Below are positions 53,231 to 64,000 of a DNA stretch of 64,000 nucleotides, one piece after another (positions within the stretch are counted from its first letter, which is position 1; every line of letters starts with the position of its first letter). The notes beneath the pieces were generated by a model. That model ran no database searches, was not told the DNA's origin, and worked only from the letters and a program-made list of their open reading frames with translations. The stretch covers positions 9,484 through 73,483 of the forward strand of contig PDIP01000134.1 of NCBI GenBank assembly GCA_002811645.1, written 5' to 3'. Made by a program: the position numbers and the translations under genes. The stretch is from Corallochytrium limacisporum Hawaii. Its lineage: Eukaryota > Protista > Pluriformea.

Positions 53231-55597
53231 TTATGGCGGTGTACCGCTATTGCGCGCTCTAGGCCGCATGATCACGGGTAGCTCCATGGTGTAGCTGTTG
53301 CGGTGGGCCGTAGGCATTTGGTTCGGTGGATATGCATCCTCGAAGTGGTAGCTGCGTCGGCCACGCCTTTGCAAAGACCTAGTGTGCCTGTCTTCTTCTG
53401 ATTCATCGGTATCTGAATCGGCAGCGTTCATCATGTCAATGTTCATGTATGCTCCGTCCAACATGTCATCTCTTGCATTCTGATTGAAGCGGTATGATGG
53501 TCTACCTTCCTCTGTGAAGGATGAACTACACATATTCCCTGAATGACCAGTAGGGCCTTGAGAATCAGTGTTGACTACAGATCCCTGTTCCGTGATGGCA
53601 CAGTAGCATGCAAAAATGACAGCGTCATGAAGAGACACAAAAATCCGATTCAGATTTTCTTCATTGTCATAAAATCCACAGCGGAAGAGAACATCACGTA
53701 CTTTGGCCTTGACCACGGCCAGATACAGATTGACTTGCCGCCTGTGCAATTCTTCCTGCAGTTCAACCATCATTTTCACACCAGCTGTGTCAATGTCGTT
53801 GACAGGATTGAAATCTAGGACGAAGGAATGGATCGGGCGGTCTGCAGTATTGAGTACGCGAAGGACCCGGTCCATCATGAAGCGAGCATTACTGTAGTAG
53901 ATGGAGGAGTTGAAGCGCATGATGGCCACTCCCTTGACCTCGACAGCCTCCTCAACGCGTTCAATGTCACGATAGATTTCAGTGTCAGGGATCCAACCTA
54001 GCACCTGAATGGAGGGACGAGACGTGCGGATGACAATTACCGCTAGGTTGGCTCCCAGGGCGATAACAATACCCCAGGTCAGCTCGAAAATAAGGGTGCC
54101 GATAAAGGAGATGATCCAGACGTAGAAATCATCAATCTTGCCACGAGCATATCTCGGGGCATCTTTGACCTGCAGAATCAGGCCACGGATGGCAACAACA
54201 ATTACAGCTCCCAATATGGACACTGGAAGATAGGTGAAACAAGGAGTGGCAACCACCAAGACAATCATCAGGATTCCAGCTTGCATCAGAGCAGCAAGCT
54301 GTGTCTTCATACCAGCTCCGTTGGCTAAGGCACTGCGACTTAGACTGGCGGAAGGGGTGAAACATTGGAAGAAAGAGCCAAACAGGGCAGAAGCGCTATA
54401 AGCGTAGAGTTCCTGGGAGGCACTAATGGGATAGCCATGTTGCCTTCCAAATGTCTTGGCGACGGAAATAGCGACAACGAACCCGATGATAGCCAACGGA
54501 ATGGCATTCACCAGTAGAGTACTGAAACCAGCGTCAAATTTCGGTACAGAAGGTTTGGGCAGACCGGCAGGTACATGACCCAAGAGGGTAAGACCGATGG
54601 CACTGTCCAGTTTTCCGAGCCAAGCGATCAAAATACCAAGAACGCACGCAATCAATTCACCAGGAACAGGCATGACAAGCTTTTTCTTGTACCTGATGTT
54701 GATCTCACGTATCCCTAGCAGCAAGAGCACAGCAATGATACCACACACGGTGTCGGCAGGGTTCCAGTGTGGAAGGTTCTTGAGGTACCAGACCCACGTA
54801 CGGAACATCGCTCCAGGTTCTCCATCGTAGCTCGGGGCTCTAATACCCGCAAACTGTTTGATCTGAGTGGTGCCAATTTCGAAGGCGGCGGCACAGGTGT
54901 ATCCGGATAGTAGAGCCTCGCTCAGGAACAGCGCAACCACATTCAGTTTCAATAGGCCCATAATAAACTGCAGACAGCCAACAAGAAAGCACAGAGCAAT
55001 CGAAGCATCAATGAATTCTGGCTTAATGTTCGTAGTGGACCCGTCAATGCTGCCTTCACCGACAATATTAGTCACGGTGTTTCCAGACATGACGGAGAGC
55101 AGCGAAAATGCACCCAAGCTGAGCTGCCGTGATGTTCCCATGAATGCGTATACAAGACAGGGGAAGATGGCTGTGTACAGTCCGTACTGAGGTGGCAGTC
55201 CTGCAAGAATTCCGTAACTCATACCCTGGGGCACGTTGAAGATCGCAATGGTCAATGCTGCCATGACGTCTGCCAAAAAGGTATCCTTGTCATACGTGGG
55301 CAACCAAGAAGCAATGGGGACCCTCTTGCGAGCCATCTTCACGAACCCCTGCTTGTTTGTAGGGCAGCATTGTACGCTCTTCAGAATGCGTTTCATGTGC
55401 TCATTCACCGTCACGTCCTCGTGAGTGACATGGTATTTCTTCCAGAAATCGACCTCTGAAACTGGTGAACGACCGTCATCGAATGTAGGGGGAAGAAGCG
55501 GTGCCCTCTCAGGTGAACGCGTGGACGTAGCCGTCTCATGATTTCCCTGCGCTTGTATAAACTTCTCACCATTCAAATGAGTACCCTGTGAGTTCAT
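53231..55597 (-). CDS. SLC26/SulP anion (sulfate) transporter with STAS domain
   Basis: ADVMAALTIAIFNVPQGMSYGILAGLPPQYGLY, GTSRQLSLG, QELYA, SLSRS, KTQLA; STAS VLDFNPVNDIDTAGV...IFVSLHDAV; first ATG at 55597. Confidence 0.95.
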   Translation of the reverse strand: MNSQGTHLNGEKFIQAQGNHETATSTRSPERAPLLPPTFDDGRSPVSEVDFWKKYHVTHEDVTVNEHMKRILKSVQCCPTNKQGFVKMARKRVPIASWLPTYDKDTFLADVMAALTIAIFNVPQGMSYGILAGLPPQYGLYTAIFPCLVYAFMGTSRQLSLGAFSLLSVMSGNTVTNIVGEGSIDGSTTNIKPEFIDASIALCFLVGCLQFIMGLLKLNVVALFLSEALLSGYTCAAAFEIGTTQIKQFAGIRAPSYDGEPGAMFRTWVWYLKNLPHWNPADTVCGIIAVLLLLGIREINIRYKKKLVMPVPGELIACVLGILIAWLGKLDSAIGLTLLGHVPAGLPKPSVPKFDAGFSTLLVNAIPLAIIGFVVAISVAKTFGRQHGYPISASQELYAYSASALFGSFFQCFTPSASLSRSALANGAGMKTQLAALMQAGILMIVLVVATPCFTYLPVSILGAVIVVAIRGLILQVKDAPRYARGKIDDFYVWIISFIGTLIFELTWGIVIALGANLAVIVIRTSRPSIQVLGWIPDTEIYRDIERVEEAVEVKGVAIMRFNSSIYYSNARFMMDRVLRVLNTADRPIHSFVLDFNPVNDIDTAGVKMMVELQEELHRRQVNLYLAVVKAKVRDVLFRCGFYDNEENLNRIFVSLHDAVIFACYCAITEQGSVVNTDSQGPTGHSGNMCSSSFTEEGRPSYRFNQNARDDMLDGAYMNIDMMNAADSDTDESEEDRHTRSLQRRGRRSYHFEDAYPPNQMPTAHRNSYTMELPVIMRPRARNSGTPP

Positions 55598-58500
55598 GTT
55601 TAGTTCTATATAATTTCTAGTACAGAAAGACAACAATCGATATCACTAAAAATTCTCTCCCCATGAACGTTAAAGTCGTGATTGAAAGATCCTACAGAGG
55701 ACAAAATCGATCAATGCCTAAGACAACAAGGTGAATAAGTTTGATAGTCTTCTTGTACCTTTGCTGATCCCAGATATCTATTGAAGTATCCTATTATACA
55801 ATGAACCCTTCTTCTCACGTTCTCCCCGAAGAGATACCCAAGAAACCACATCACATTTCCCGACCTATCATGGATATCTGTCAGATCCCGAGGGCGCGGA
55901 AGCACAATTAGCGAGACGACGGTGCTTTTCCAAATTGTGCGCATCTAGTATATGGGCAGGAATCCATTTACGTCGATCCATCCCAAACTACACCTGCTGT
56001 ATAGCGATGTGCACAGTAGTGAGAACTCATGTTAGATTACACTGCCCAAACACTGCTCTCCAGTGCTCAGTGTGCCCCGTAGACGCGGGTCCAACTGTTC
56101 CCCTCCCTCCCCCCTCTTCCCAGTCCAACTGTGCCCCTCCCTCCCCCCTCCTCCCACCCCCTTCCCAAGGGGAGAGAGTGTAAACAGGGGAAAGAGAGAT
56201 GGTGTCTGCTCTCCTTACCCGAATTACCCTGGTATCAACGCAGCTGATCGTCAGAGAAATCGCCGTTCCCCATCTTTCCCTAATCCTCTGCAGCCCTGCC
56301 CCTGATCTCAATTACTCGGCCCGTCGGTGCCCGTGATCTCACTCACTGCTGCCGTCGTTGCCCACCGGAGAGAGTGGAGCGTATACGTGGTGAGGCGGAC
56401 AATTGAAATCTATGACGAGCGCAGCGAGGGTTTTCAGCCACCAGTAAGAATTGACAGCGAGACATGAGAACAGTGGAAGGACTTTTGGCCCAACATGAAA
56501 CCCAGTGCATTTAATACTGGCCCAATGATTACATTCTGAAAATGGTGATCCCCTTATCAACCCCCTTCCGCTGAATTTCGTGTAAGATAATTGACAAATC
56601 TAACGGTCTGGACAGATGGCCCCACTTGAAATCGGTAGGACCATCAGGGTCCCCTCTCCTGGATTTGGGAAAGTTGACTATCTGTGGTGAACGTAGTCAG
56701 AAGAATGGAAGCAAAAACAACGGCAGTTTGCGTTTTCTTTTTTTTTCTTTTCTTTTCTATTTTTTCTTTCTTTTCGGGCTATATTCAAACCTGAGAAAGG
56801 CCAGCGACGGATTGTTTGGGACGTGCCCCACTCGGGAGGACCACCCCGGGGTTGGTTGGTTGATTTTGTCTTCCAACTCTCTCTTTCTTTTTTTTTTGTT
56901 TTTTTTTTGGGGTTTAATTTTTGGTTTTCGTTCTCCCGCTACACTGGTTTCTGCCTGTTTTGAAACTCGACAGCCGGCCATAGGGCACTTGGGCCGGGGT
57001 ACGTCGTTTCGAAGGATTTTGGGAGCGCAGCGGAAAGCCCGCAGACGATAGGGGGAAAGGGAGACAGACCCTAATTATCGCCCACAATGTCGTTTGACGG
57101 CAGTCAGGGTGGGTTCGCGGCCTTCATACTCGAAATTGCGCATGTCGTTGACGGGACTTCATTGTCAGCTAAAGGTTCGTGGATGCCCCGCGGGCGTTTG
57201 TCTGGGACGTGACATTTTTAGCTCTTGCCCTGCAGCCCGTGGTTCACATGTTGTTGCCCAACAAAGCTTGAAACATTTGTCCCCTACGCTCGAATGCGGA
57301 ACAAATTACCAACCCGTACGTATATTTCGGCCCCTCCATGTCGATTGAGTGGTGGTATCACTCATTATTAGCTGTAGCGTAAGTCGCCCAACCTCAATTC
57401 AGGATGGGCTTTAAATATCATGGACGGGGCCCTTGCGGATGTCAAGCTGTCTCTTAGTGCGAAGCGCGCCATCGGAGATGGAAGAAACGACTGTGAGTAT
57501 TAAGGAATGCCCTCCATTCAAGTACTCTTTGCTAATTCCGCTCCAAAAAGTTCCACTCACTCGTACAGACGTTTTCCAGATAGACTACCAACTAAACAAA
57601 TCCACGTTATAAGATGGTAGTGGAGGTTAGGGGGTGCCATGGGGTGGCTGTCACTCTTTGGGGCCGTACACTAGCTCCCTTTCCAAAACAGGTAATGTTA
57701 TGGACCGTAAAAAGAAAGTATCTTGCTGGATAGATGCCAAGGGTGCAATTGTTGGGGTCCAAGAGCCTGAAGAATGTGACGCATCTCCCGCCTACCGCTG
57801 CCGTCACGGGTCCCCTCTGGGCACCAAGCCCTGGGGGTCTGGCCGCGACAAATCCATGCAAAATCTTGCCAACCACCATCCCTTCCGCAGTATAGCTGGC
57901 TCCGCCTTTGCCAATTCCACAAAAAATCAATATTACACTCGGCGTTCACAGGTTCCCTGTCGACCCTTTTTTCGAAGCTATATTGAACGAGAATAGGGCC
58001 AGAAATGTACCGGGGCCTATTTAAGACCTCTCTGTGCCTGATGAAGGATGGTGTTCGCGAGCTGGCATCGGGTGCAGGTACGGAAGCATGGCTCTAAGGC
58101 CATCGCGTGGACACAAAAGAAACTCCTTCTCGTTCGGGGCTATTTGCAGTGTGCAGCGTCCGGGAACACCCAGCAATTGCTACTGTAGTGGAATGAAGAG
58201 TCAGTGGACTTAAGGCTTGGCGGCTTGACAAGTCTTAGTAATTCTTCACGGCGACTGCGTGGTGATGAACCGAGGAAACCGGAGGCTTTGATGCGGCAGC
58301 ACAAGAACAGCGTGCCTAGTAGTGCAACATAGATCAGAGTGTTGATCTCGTGGAGTTGTAAGAACGCACAGTGGATGGGGCAGAAGATATTTCAGGTGCC
58401 TAAATTAGTCCAACTATGCTTAGGTCCTTGATACGGTACTACGATCGCCATACTCACCATAAATTGGTGTCACACCACCCCTCACTATCTCTTCTATTGT

Positions 58501-59282
58501 GTTGGCTTTGACTACGGACGTCACCATGTATTTCGGCGTGACATGGTACGCTGTACCCACGGCCTTGCAGCCCACGGTAATGTCTGCTCCCCAATAGTGA
58601 GTCCGCAACCTATAACTTGCTCGTTTAATACCCATTGTCCTTTTCTGCGCCAATCGAGCTGCCTTCCTCGCGCAGCTGTCCGATCCGCATGAGTAACCCA
58701 TCTCTTTCTCCAACTCTGAGAGTGGCCAGACGATATGGAATACATCCGAATTGCCACACAGTGTCTACAGGGAAACATAGACTATAATTGCACTGGAACA
58801 GATGGAAATAATGAATTGGCTTGACCACGACAGCCAGATCAAGTGCACGGAGCCAAGCCTCGTCGTTGTGGTTTTAAAACCCTAGCTCGTGAAGAAACTG
58901 AAGCCACCGTATATCAGAGACTAGGGGTAAGCTCAGGTTGAGGCCCCCACAAATTGGCAAGGAAACTGCAGACTGGATGGAAGCGGATGGCAGCTTGGTT
59001 CACTCGCTTGAGAGACTCACAGAGATATCCAGGTGCGATGACTTTGGGGAAATGGGTAGCGGGTACTGCTTGCAACAGTCTTAGTTGTGGGATAAGGGCC
59101 TGGGTTGCCTGCCATACAATTTGTATGATGTTTCTTCCCCTAGCAAATTATTTTTTGTCTGGCTTTCAAATCCGCGGGGTGGCTGTCTTCGCAAACACAA
59201 AAAAGGGGAGGGTGGGGGGACCCTGACTGGGGTTGGAAAGCTTAGAAATCCATTTCCGTCGGAGAGACGGTTGGGGGGGGGG

Positions 59283-59424
59283 NNNNNNNNNNNNNNNNNN
59301 NNNNNNNNNNNNNNNNNNNNNNNNNNNNNNNNNNNNNNNNNNNNNNNNNNNNNNNNNNNNNNNNNNNNNNNNNNNNNNNNNNNNNNNNNNNNNNNNNNNN
59401 NNNNNNNNNNNNNNNNNNNNNNNN
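59283..59424. other. Assembly gap (N)
   Basis: Run of N after a G tract. Confidence 0.99.
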
Positions 59425-61065
59425 TGTTGCATGGGGCTAAACCTGGTGGCGACTTAAGCCCCAGTTTTGCGACAACAGCAAGGGGGGGGGGGGGTGATGG
59501 CGACGACGACTGCGGAACACGACACAGCCACGTCCCGCCGGGAGGAGTAAGCGTACAACATCGGTCCCGCGGCAATGGACAGAAATCATACACAAAAGAT
59601 GGTGGTGAGCTCAATCCCGGAATCCCATCGTGTAACTCGGGACGAACGGTAATGAGTAGAGATGATCTAGAGCAATTGATCGCCGGGGCTACATTGGGTG
59701 AGCAAGCTGTGGTTTTGTCGGCTTTCCAACACCACCCTGTGAACGGAAGATGGGAATGCAGGCCACCGGGACCACAGCACTTGGCGCTCGAGCAGTGGAT
59801 GGGGAACATCATGTACTGGAAAGTGAGTCCATCTTTATTCGTGTTCTTGGAGGCCACAGGCAAGACTCACTATTCGCTCCCTGGAGACTTTCTTACGCTG
59901 ATGCATCACGGACACCACATTAAGGCCTATATGGGATAATATGCTTTATTTTCATTGTAAATTATATGGTATTATGTACAAATACGAAACATCAGATAAT
60001 GAAGCCAGGTGGTAGTGAATCTTGAGTCAAATTTGCTGTGCGGAGTGTCTCGTTTTCGTTAGTTTTTTTCGCCCGCTTTTTCGCGACTTCAGAGGGTGTG
60101 GGGTACCAACCCAGTGATCCAGGGGATTGTCTCCCTCGTATCCCGACAATATGAAAGACCGAATTCGGAAAGGTGGGTGCCAGAGGTGTGTCGGAAGCGG
60201 GAGAGGAAGCGGGAAAAACTTAAAGTTGCGTGTCTTGCAGTCGTCAGATAGCAGGGTTAGCCTTTGCGACCAGATACAGAACGGCTACAGCATACTGAAC
60301 GTCAGGCACTTTGACCAAGGGCAGGAGTTTTCCAAGCTCTTTTCCAGCCCTTCTATTCCAAGGAGGCTCTCCGGGGCACTTGCTACATGTGGTGTTTCGG
60401 ATGGAATTCAATTGAAAGGTGTGTCAACAAAGTCAGTTTTTAGTTAGACTTACACCCACGGTGGCATCTCAGAGATTGAGATGCCCCTCCCTCACTTCTC
60501 TATACCGTGCTGCTCGTTCACGGTGTTTTGCTACGATAGTAATTGACCTCCGTTTCGCTTAAGAGGCACGCTAGACTTGAACAAACCGATGTGGGACAGA
60601 AGAGAGGGGAGAAATTGTGCTCCTGTGCTTTGCTCTCCTTCTCCCAAGGTTTTGGGGGGGGGGGGAGGCGGGACGCGTTCCTTCACACCCGGCCCACAAT
60701 ATTAATCATCAAGGGTTCGTTGCAACCCGCAGGAAGGCTCGGCCTAAGTCAGGGGGCAACCATTTGGTCTCGAAATATGTTCAATTTTGAGAATGTTCTG
60801 GTGCGATCTTTTCGAAACTAGTGAGGGATACATGGGCCGGAAGGTATCCAGGTAGGTGAATTACCCAACTAAGACCTAGCATGGAGAGGACACTGCAGGG
60901 GAAGGGACCCAGCGGAAGGGGTCGGGATGCGGTTGCATTGAATGTGCAAGTGACATGAACAGGGTACCACAATGACATGAGATGCGGTAAAATTTCTTGT
61001 TCTCGATGCTATAACAGATATGTTCTTCTAGAAAGTCAACCTTAGGGCATCATGACACTTACAAA

Positions 61066-61076
61066 AGGTATTTAAG
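61066..61076 (+). promoter_or_regulatory. TATA-like box AGGTATTTAAG
   Basis: 124-134 bp upstream of the ATG at 61200. Confidence 0.55.
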
Positions 61077-61199
61077 ACACCGTGTTTTCTGATTGCGGAC
61101 CGTGATCCTCTTGAGTCATCTTCAACTACTTGAAGCAACTCATTTTGGAGATCTCTTGAAACCCTTTTCATTGGCTCTTACAACCAAATCCAATTCAGT

Positions 61200-61610
61200 A
61201 TGAAGTCCTTTTTTGTCTTTGCGCTCTGTGCCGTTGCCGGTTTGGCCACCGGGTCTCCGCTTGGTGAGGTCGGATGCGGGAATAACTATGACCCTTGCAA
61301 GTCTGGATCAGAGTGCTGCAATTACGGTCCCTGCAATATGGTTGAACAGCACTGCTTTACGACCTTTTCTCCGGAGCTGCGTCGTATTAATGCACCTTGC
61401 CTTGTGCACGAGCACTGTTTTTCCGGTTCTTGTGAGAACTACGTGTGCGCCCCTCTCCGGGATAAAGCTAAGGACGGCCAGCCATGCGAGTGGGATATGG
61501 ATTGTGCTGGTGGGTGGTGCAAACCCACGAAGGAACGCTATGGCGAGTGCGACGACCGTTGCAACGACCCTATCGATCCGGCCCAGTGGAAGGAGTGTTC
61601 CATTGAGTGA
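61200..61610 (+). CDS. Secreted Cys-rich knottin-containing protein (136 aa), paralog of 48457
   Basis: Signal MKSFFVFALCAVAGLATG; CGNNYDPCKSGSECCNYGPCNMVEQHC = C-x6-C-x5-CC-x4-C-x6-C; GQPCEWDMDCAGGWCKP...CDDRC...DPAQWKEC. Confidence 0.9.
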   Translation: MKSFFVFALCAVAGLATGSPLGEVGCGNNYDPCKSGSECCNYGPCNMVEQHCFTTFSPELRRINAPCLVHEHCFSGSCENYVCAPLRDKAKDGQPCEWDMDCAGGWCKPTKERYGECDDRCNDPIDPAQWKECSIE

Positions 61611-64000
61611 AGACGTGAATTTGCGTCTTTTTCGCTAATCTGTATTTTATGTATGAACAGGTAGCTGGGAAGCGTCATCTTCGAATTCCTAAGACCTTTC
61701 CAGTCTAATGAGAGATCTATGTACAAAGCATATCATAAAAACATCATAGGTGTTCCCGGCCCGCGGTGGTGTCAGTTTTGCTGCAGAAACAAGCCGTGTA
61801 TTTGTGCGTTTAGTTGGTAGTATTGCCCTCCGTTTCGCATGGATGGGAGAAATCACACGACAATGAGAACGACCTCGCTAATATCTGAATTGCTTTCCGC
61901 TGCTTTGCTCAATGACTTACGTTACCCGGACTTCAGCGGTCCACATGCACAATCGATCGATATTCATCTAGCAACCCAGCGCCCCCCCTCTCTTGGCCTG
62001 TATAGTACTACAAACACTGTTGGGCCAGTAAACTCTATTTTGATCTTAAGGATAGCTTTGTGAATACAGGATCTCCCGAGAACCCACCAAATCGACACAC
62101 GGCCACCCGAGGCTGCGGACATTGGCCTCAGGATGGGGCTAGCACCTTCCAAGGTACCTAAGCTATCACGTATTATCCTAGTACAAGATGCAATATAGAA
62201 ATGCTCTGGTCAAGTCCGCAAGAGTCCGAAGCCGGCTCTTAACAAAGAACCACGTCGCATTGAACGGAATAAAAGTAGCTGCGGGGACAGCAATCAAAAT
62301 GGATGGCAACAGCGAATGGGAGTTGCGCTGAATTGGACTTCCACCCTAGTTGGTACACAACTAGGCACAAGTACATGTCATCTTTCCGATATTCATATAC
62401 GTATGCTTTAGCTGTTAGTTTCTGGAGAGTGGTTACGAAGACCATCTGAATCATAAATCTTTGCAGACCATGTCCATGCTGGTCCACAGAGAGACTTTTC
62501 TGTAAACATCGTCAAATCTTAGGGATTACAAGTCTGGACTGTGCCCACGCGTCACAACACGAAAAAAATTGGGGTGGAGAAATTGGAAAGCAGCCAGACC
62601 ACCGTCCCGTTCCCTGCTGCTGTCAAGACAGCACAAACTGAGGTATTTTCGGTGCTACCAGCGCCGCGGGTTAACACTCTTGAGATGTGAAAGTATGACT
62701 GAATGCGATTGTCTGATACGGAATGGTCTAAACGTAACTCAGAAACTGTGGCTGTGCCGTAGCCAGCAACACTCCCCCGAAAGCACAGAGGTATTGCTGC
62801 GGAGACGGTCGGGACATACCTCTAGCAAAACATTTCCGAGAACTCCCAATGCTCCCACATACCCAATCGCACTAAGAAAAAGTGAATACTTGAGTTGAAT
62901 TGCGGCACAGTTGGCTATGCTATGCGAAAAAATGAAACGCGAGCGGCATACCCTCTCCGGCTGGCTGGGTTCCAGAATTCTATTGGTAGCGCAAGGGTAA
63001 TTGCCCAGGTGGTCAGCGATAAGCGACCAAAACAATAAAAAATGTCATGGTGTGCATCTTTACCAACCACCCCAGTATATTTACTATTTCAAGTGGAGTA
63101 CGCATCGTTGTTGTGAGGGCAACATCGACCCTCCTCTGCCCTGCGAAAACAAGAAAAAGAACCAAAAATCCGCCTGCTGACGCAGAGAAGTGCTGTGGTC
63201 AGGGAAAGGGCTGCAAGCTGGTAACTCCTGTGAGTGTTGTCGTGGAGCACCGGAATCAGTATGAAACGTACGGCGCTATTGGCAATCGGTAGGGACGAAC
63301 TCACGCGGGGAGATTAAAAGGAAAAGTAATAAAAAAAAATGAAGGGTACTGGATTCGTTACAACTTAGCGATGAAACTCACGCGACCGGGTGGGGAATGG
63401 CCAGGAAACCAACACCGGGGGTCTACACAACTGTTGAGAGCCACCATGACCGTCAATATGCCACGCATTCACCGTTGGGCATATCTTTCTTCTTGGCTAA
63501 AACACCATGTCAAATCGACAAACTACTTCTTTCACCGAAAATGACTCTTGTCGGGTTTTGTTCCGTTCACGATCGCTGTAAAAAAAATCCCAGCGGCCCG
63601 TGAGTACGGATTCGCATACAGCGGTGGTAGGGTAGGAACCAACCCCGAGGTCGACACAACTGTTGATGAGACACTTTGACCGAAACTCTGTGGAATCAAC
63701 TTAAAGGGAGTCTCGAGGGCAAGATACGTCTTCTCCGTGGAGAAAGAGAAATACCGTAGCATCAAATCACCCACGGCATTCAGTGTTAGGTACCGGTAGT
63801 TCCATGTCTTTGATCTTTTGGTTCGGGACTCGTCTCGCCGACCAGGCCAAACTTACCGCCACCAACAAGCTTGGCGTTTTGTTGGAGCATCTTGATGAGA
63901 ATGTCACTCGGTGTGGCACCAATATGACTGACGTCGGCACCAAATATTTCATCAGGTGGGGCCCAATTTACATAACAAAGATCGAAACCGTCGGAGGTCA

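Noticed and set aside
58420-59939. Coding-looking ORFs at 58420-58713 and 59425-59939 (also 36678-37154)
   Set aside because: No recognisable motif, signal peptide or paralog; one is interrupted by an N gap.
60463-60485. 9-bp hairpin GGCATCTCA/TGAGATGCC
   Set aside because: Stems of this length are expected by chance in 64 kb.

Overview
Eukaryotic scaffold fragment (microsatellites, TATA-like boxes, ER-type signal peptides, animal-like SLC26/SLC16 transporters, five N gaps). The recognisable genes read as single uninterrupted ORFs, so the organism is probably an intron-poor unicellular opisthokont/holozoan (inference only). The window is dominated by a duplicating and decaying island of secreted proteins: (1) two tandem bacterial-type RTX Ca2+-binding proteins with a signal peptide and a 12-Cys tail ending in an inhibitor-cystine-knot (ICK) pattern; (2) two conotoxin-like single-knottin prepropeptides; (3) two multi-domain knottin families (5 loci, 2 disrupted); (4) a pair of unknown Cys-containing secreted proteins; (5) three genes sharing one signal peptide but carrying unrelated low-complexity repeat bodies, two of them inside a ~4-4.8 kb segmental duplication. 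Fourteen genes carry a (A)GGTATTTAA(A/G)G-like box about 80-135 bp upstream of the start. Also present: a large double-ankyrin/coiled-coil protein, an AlkD DNA glycosylase, an MFS (SLC16-like) transporter, an SLC26/STAS transporter, a type II membrane protein with three winged-helix-like repeats and a probable zinc-finger gene relic. Intergenic DNA contains many poly-C/poly-G palindromic, homopolymer-rich islands that may be partly sequencing artefact. The best candidate for an undescribed system is a venom-like knottin/RTX-knottin effector island in a microbial eukaryote. All family calls come from motif recognition by eye; no database searches were run.
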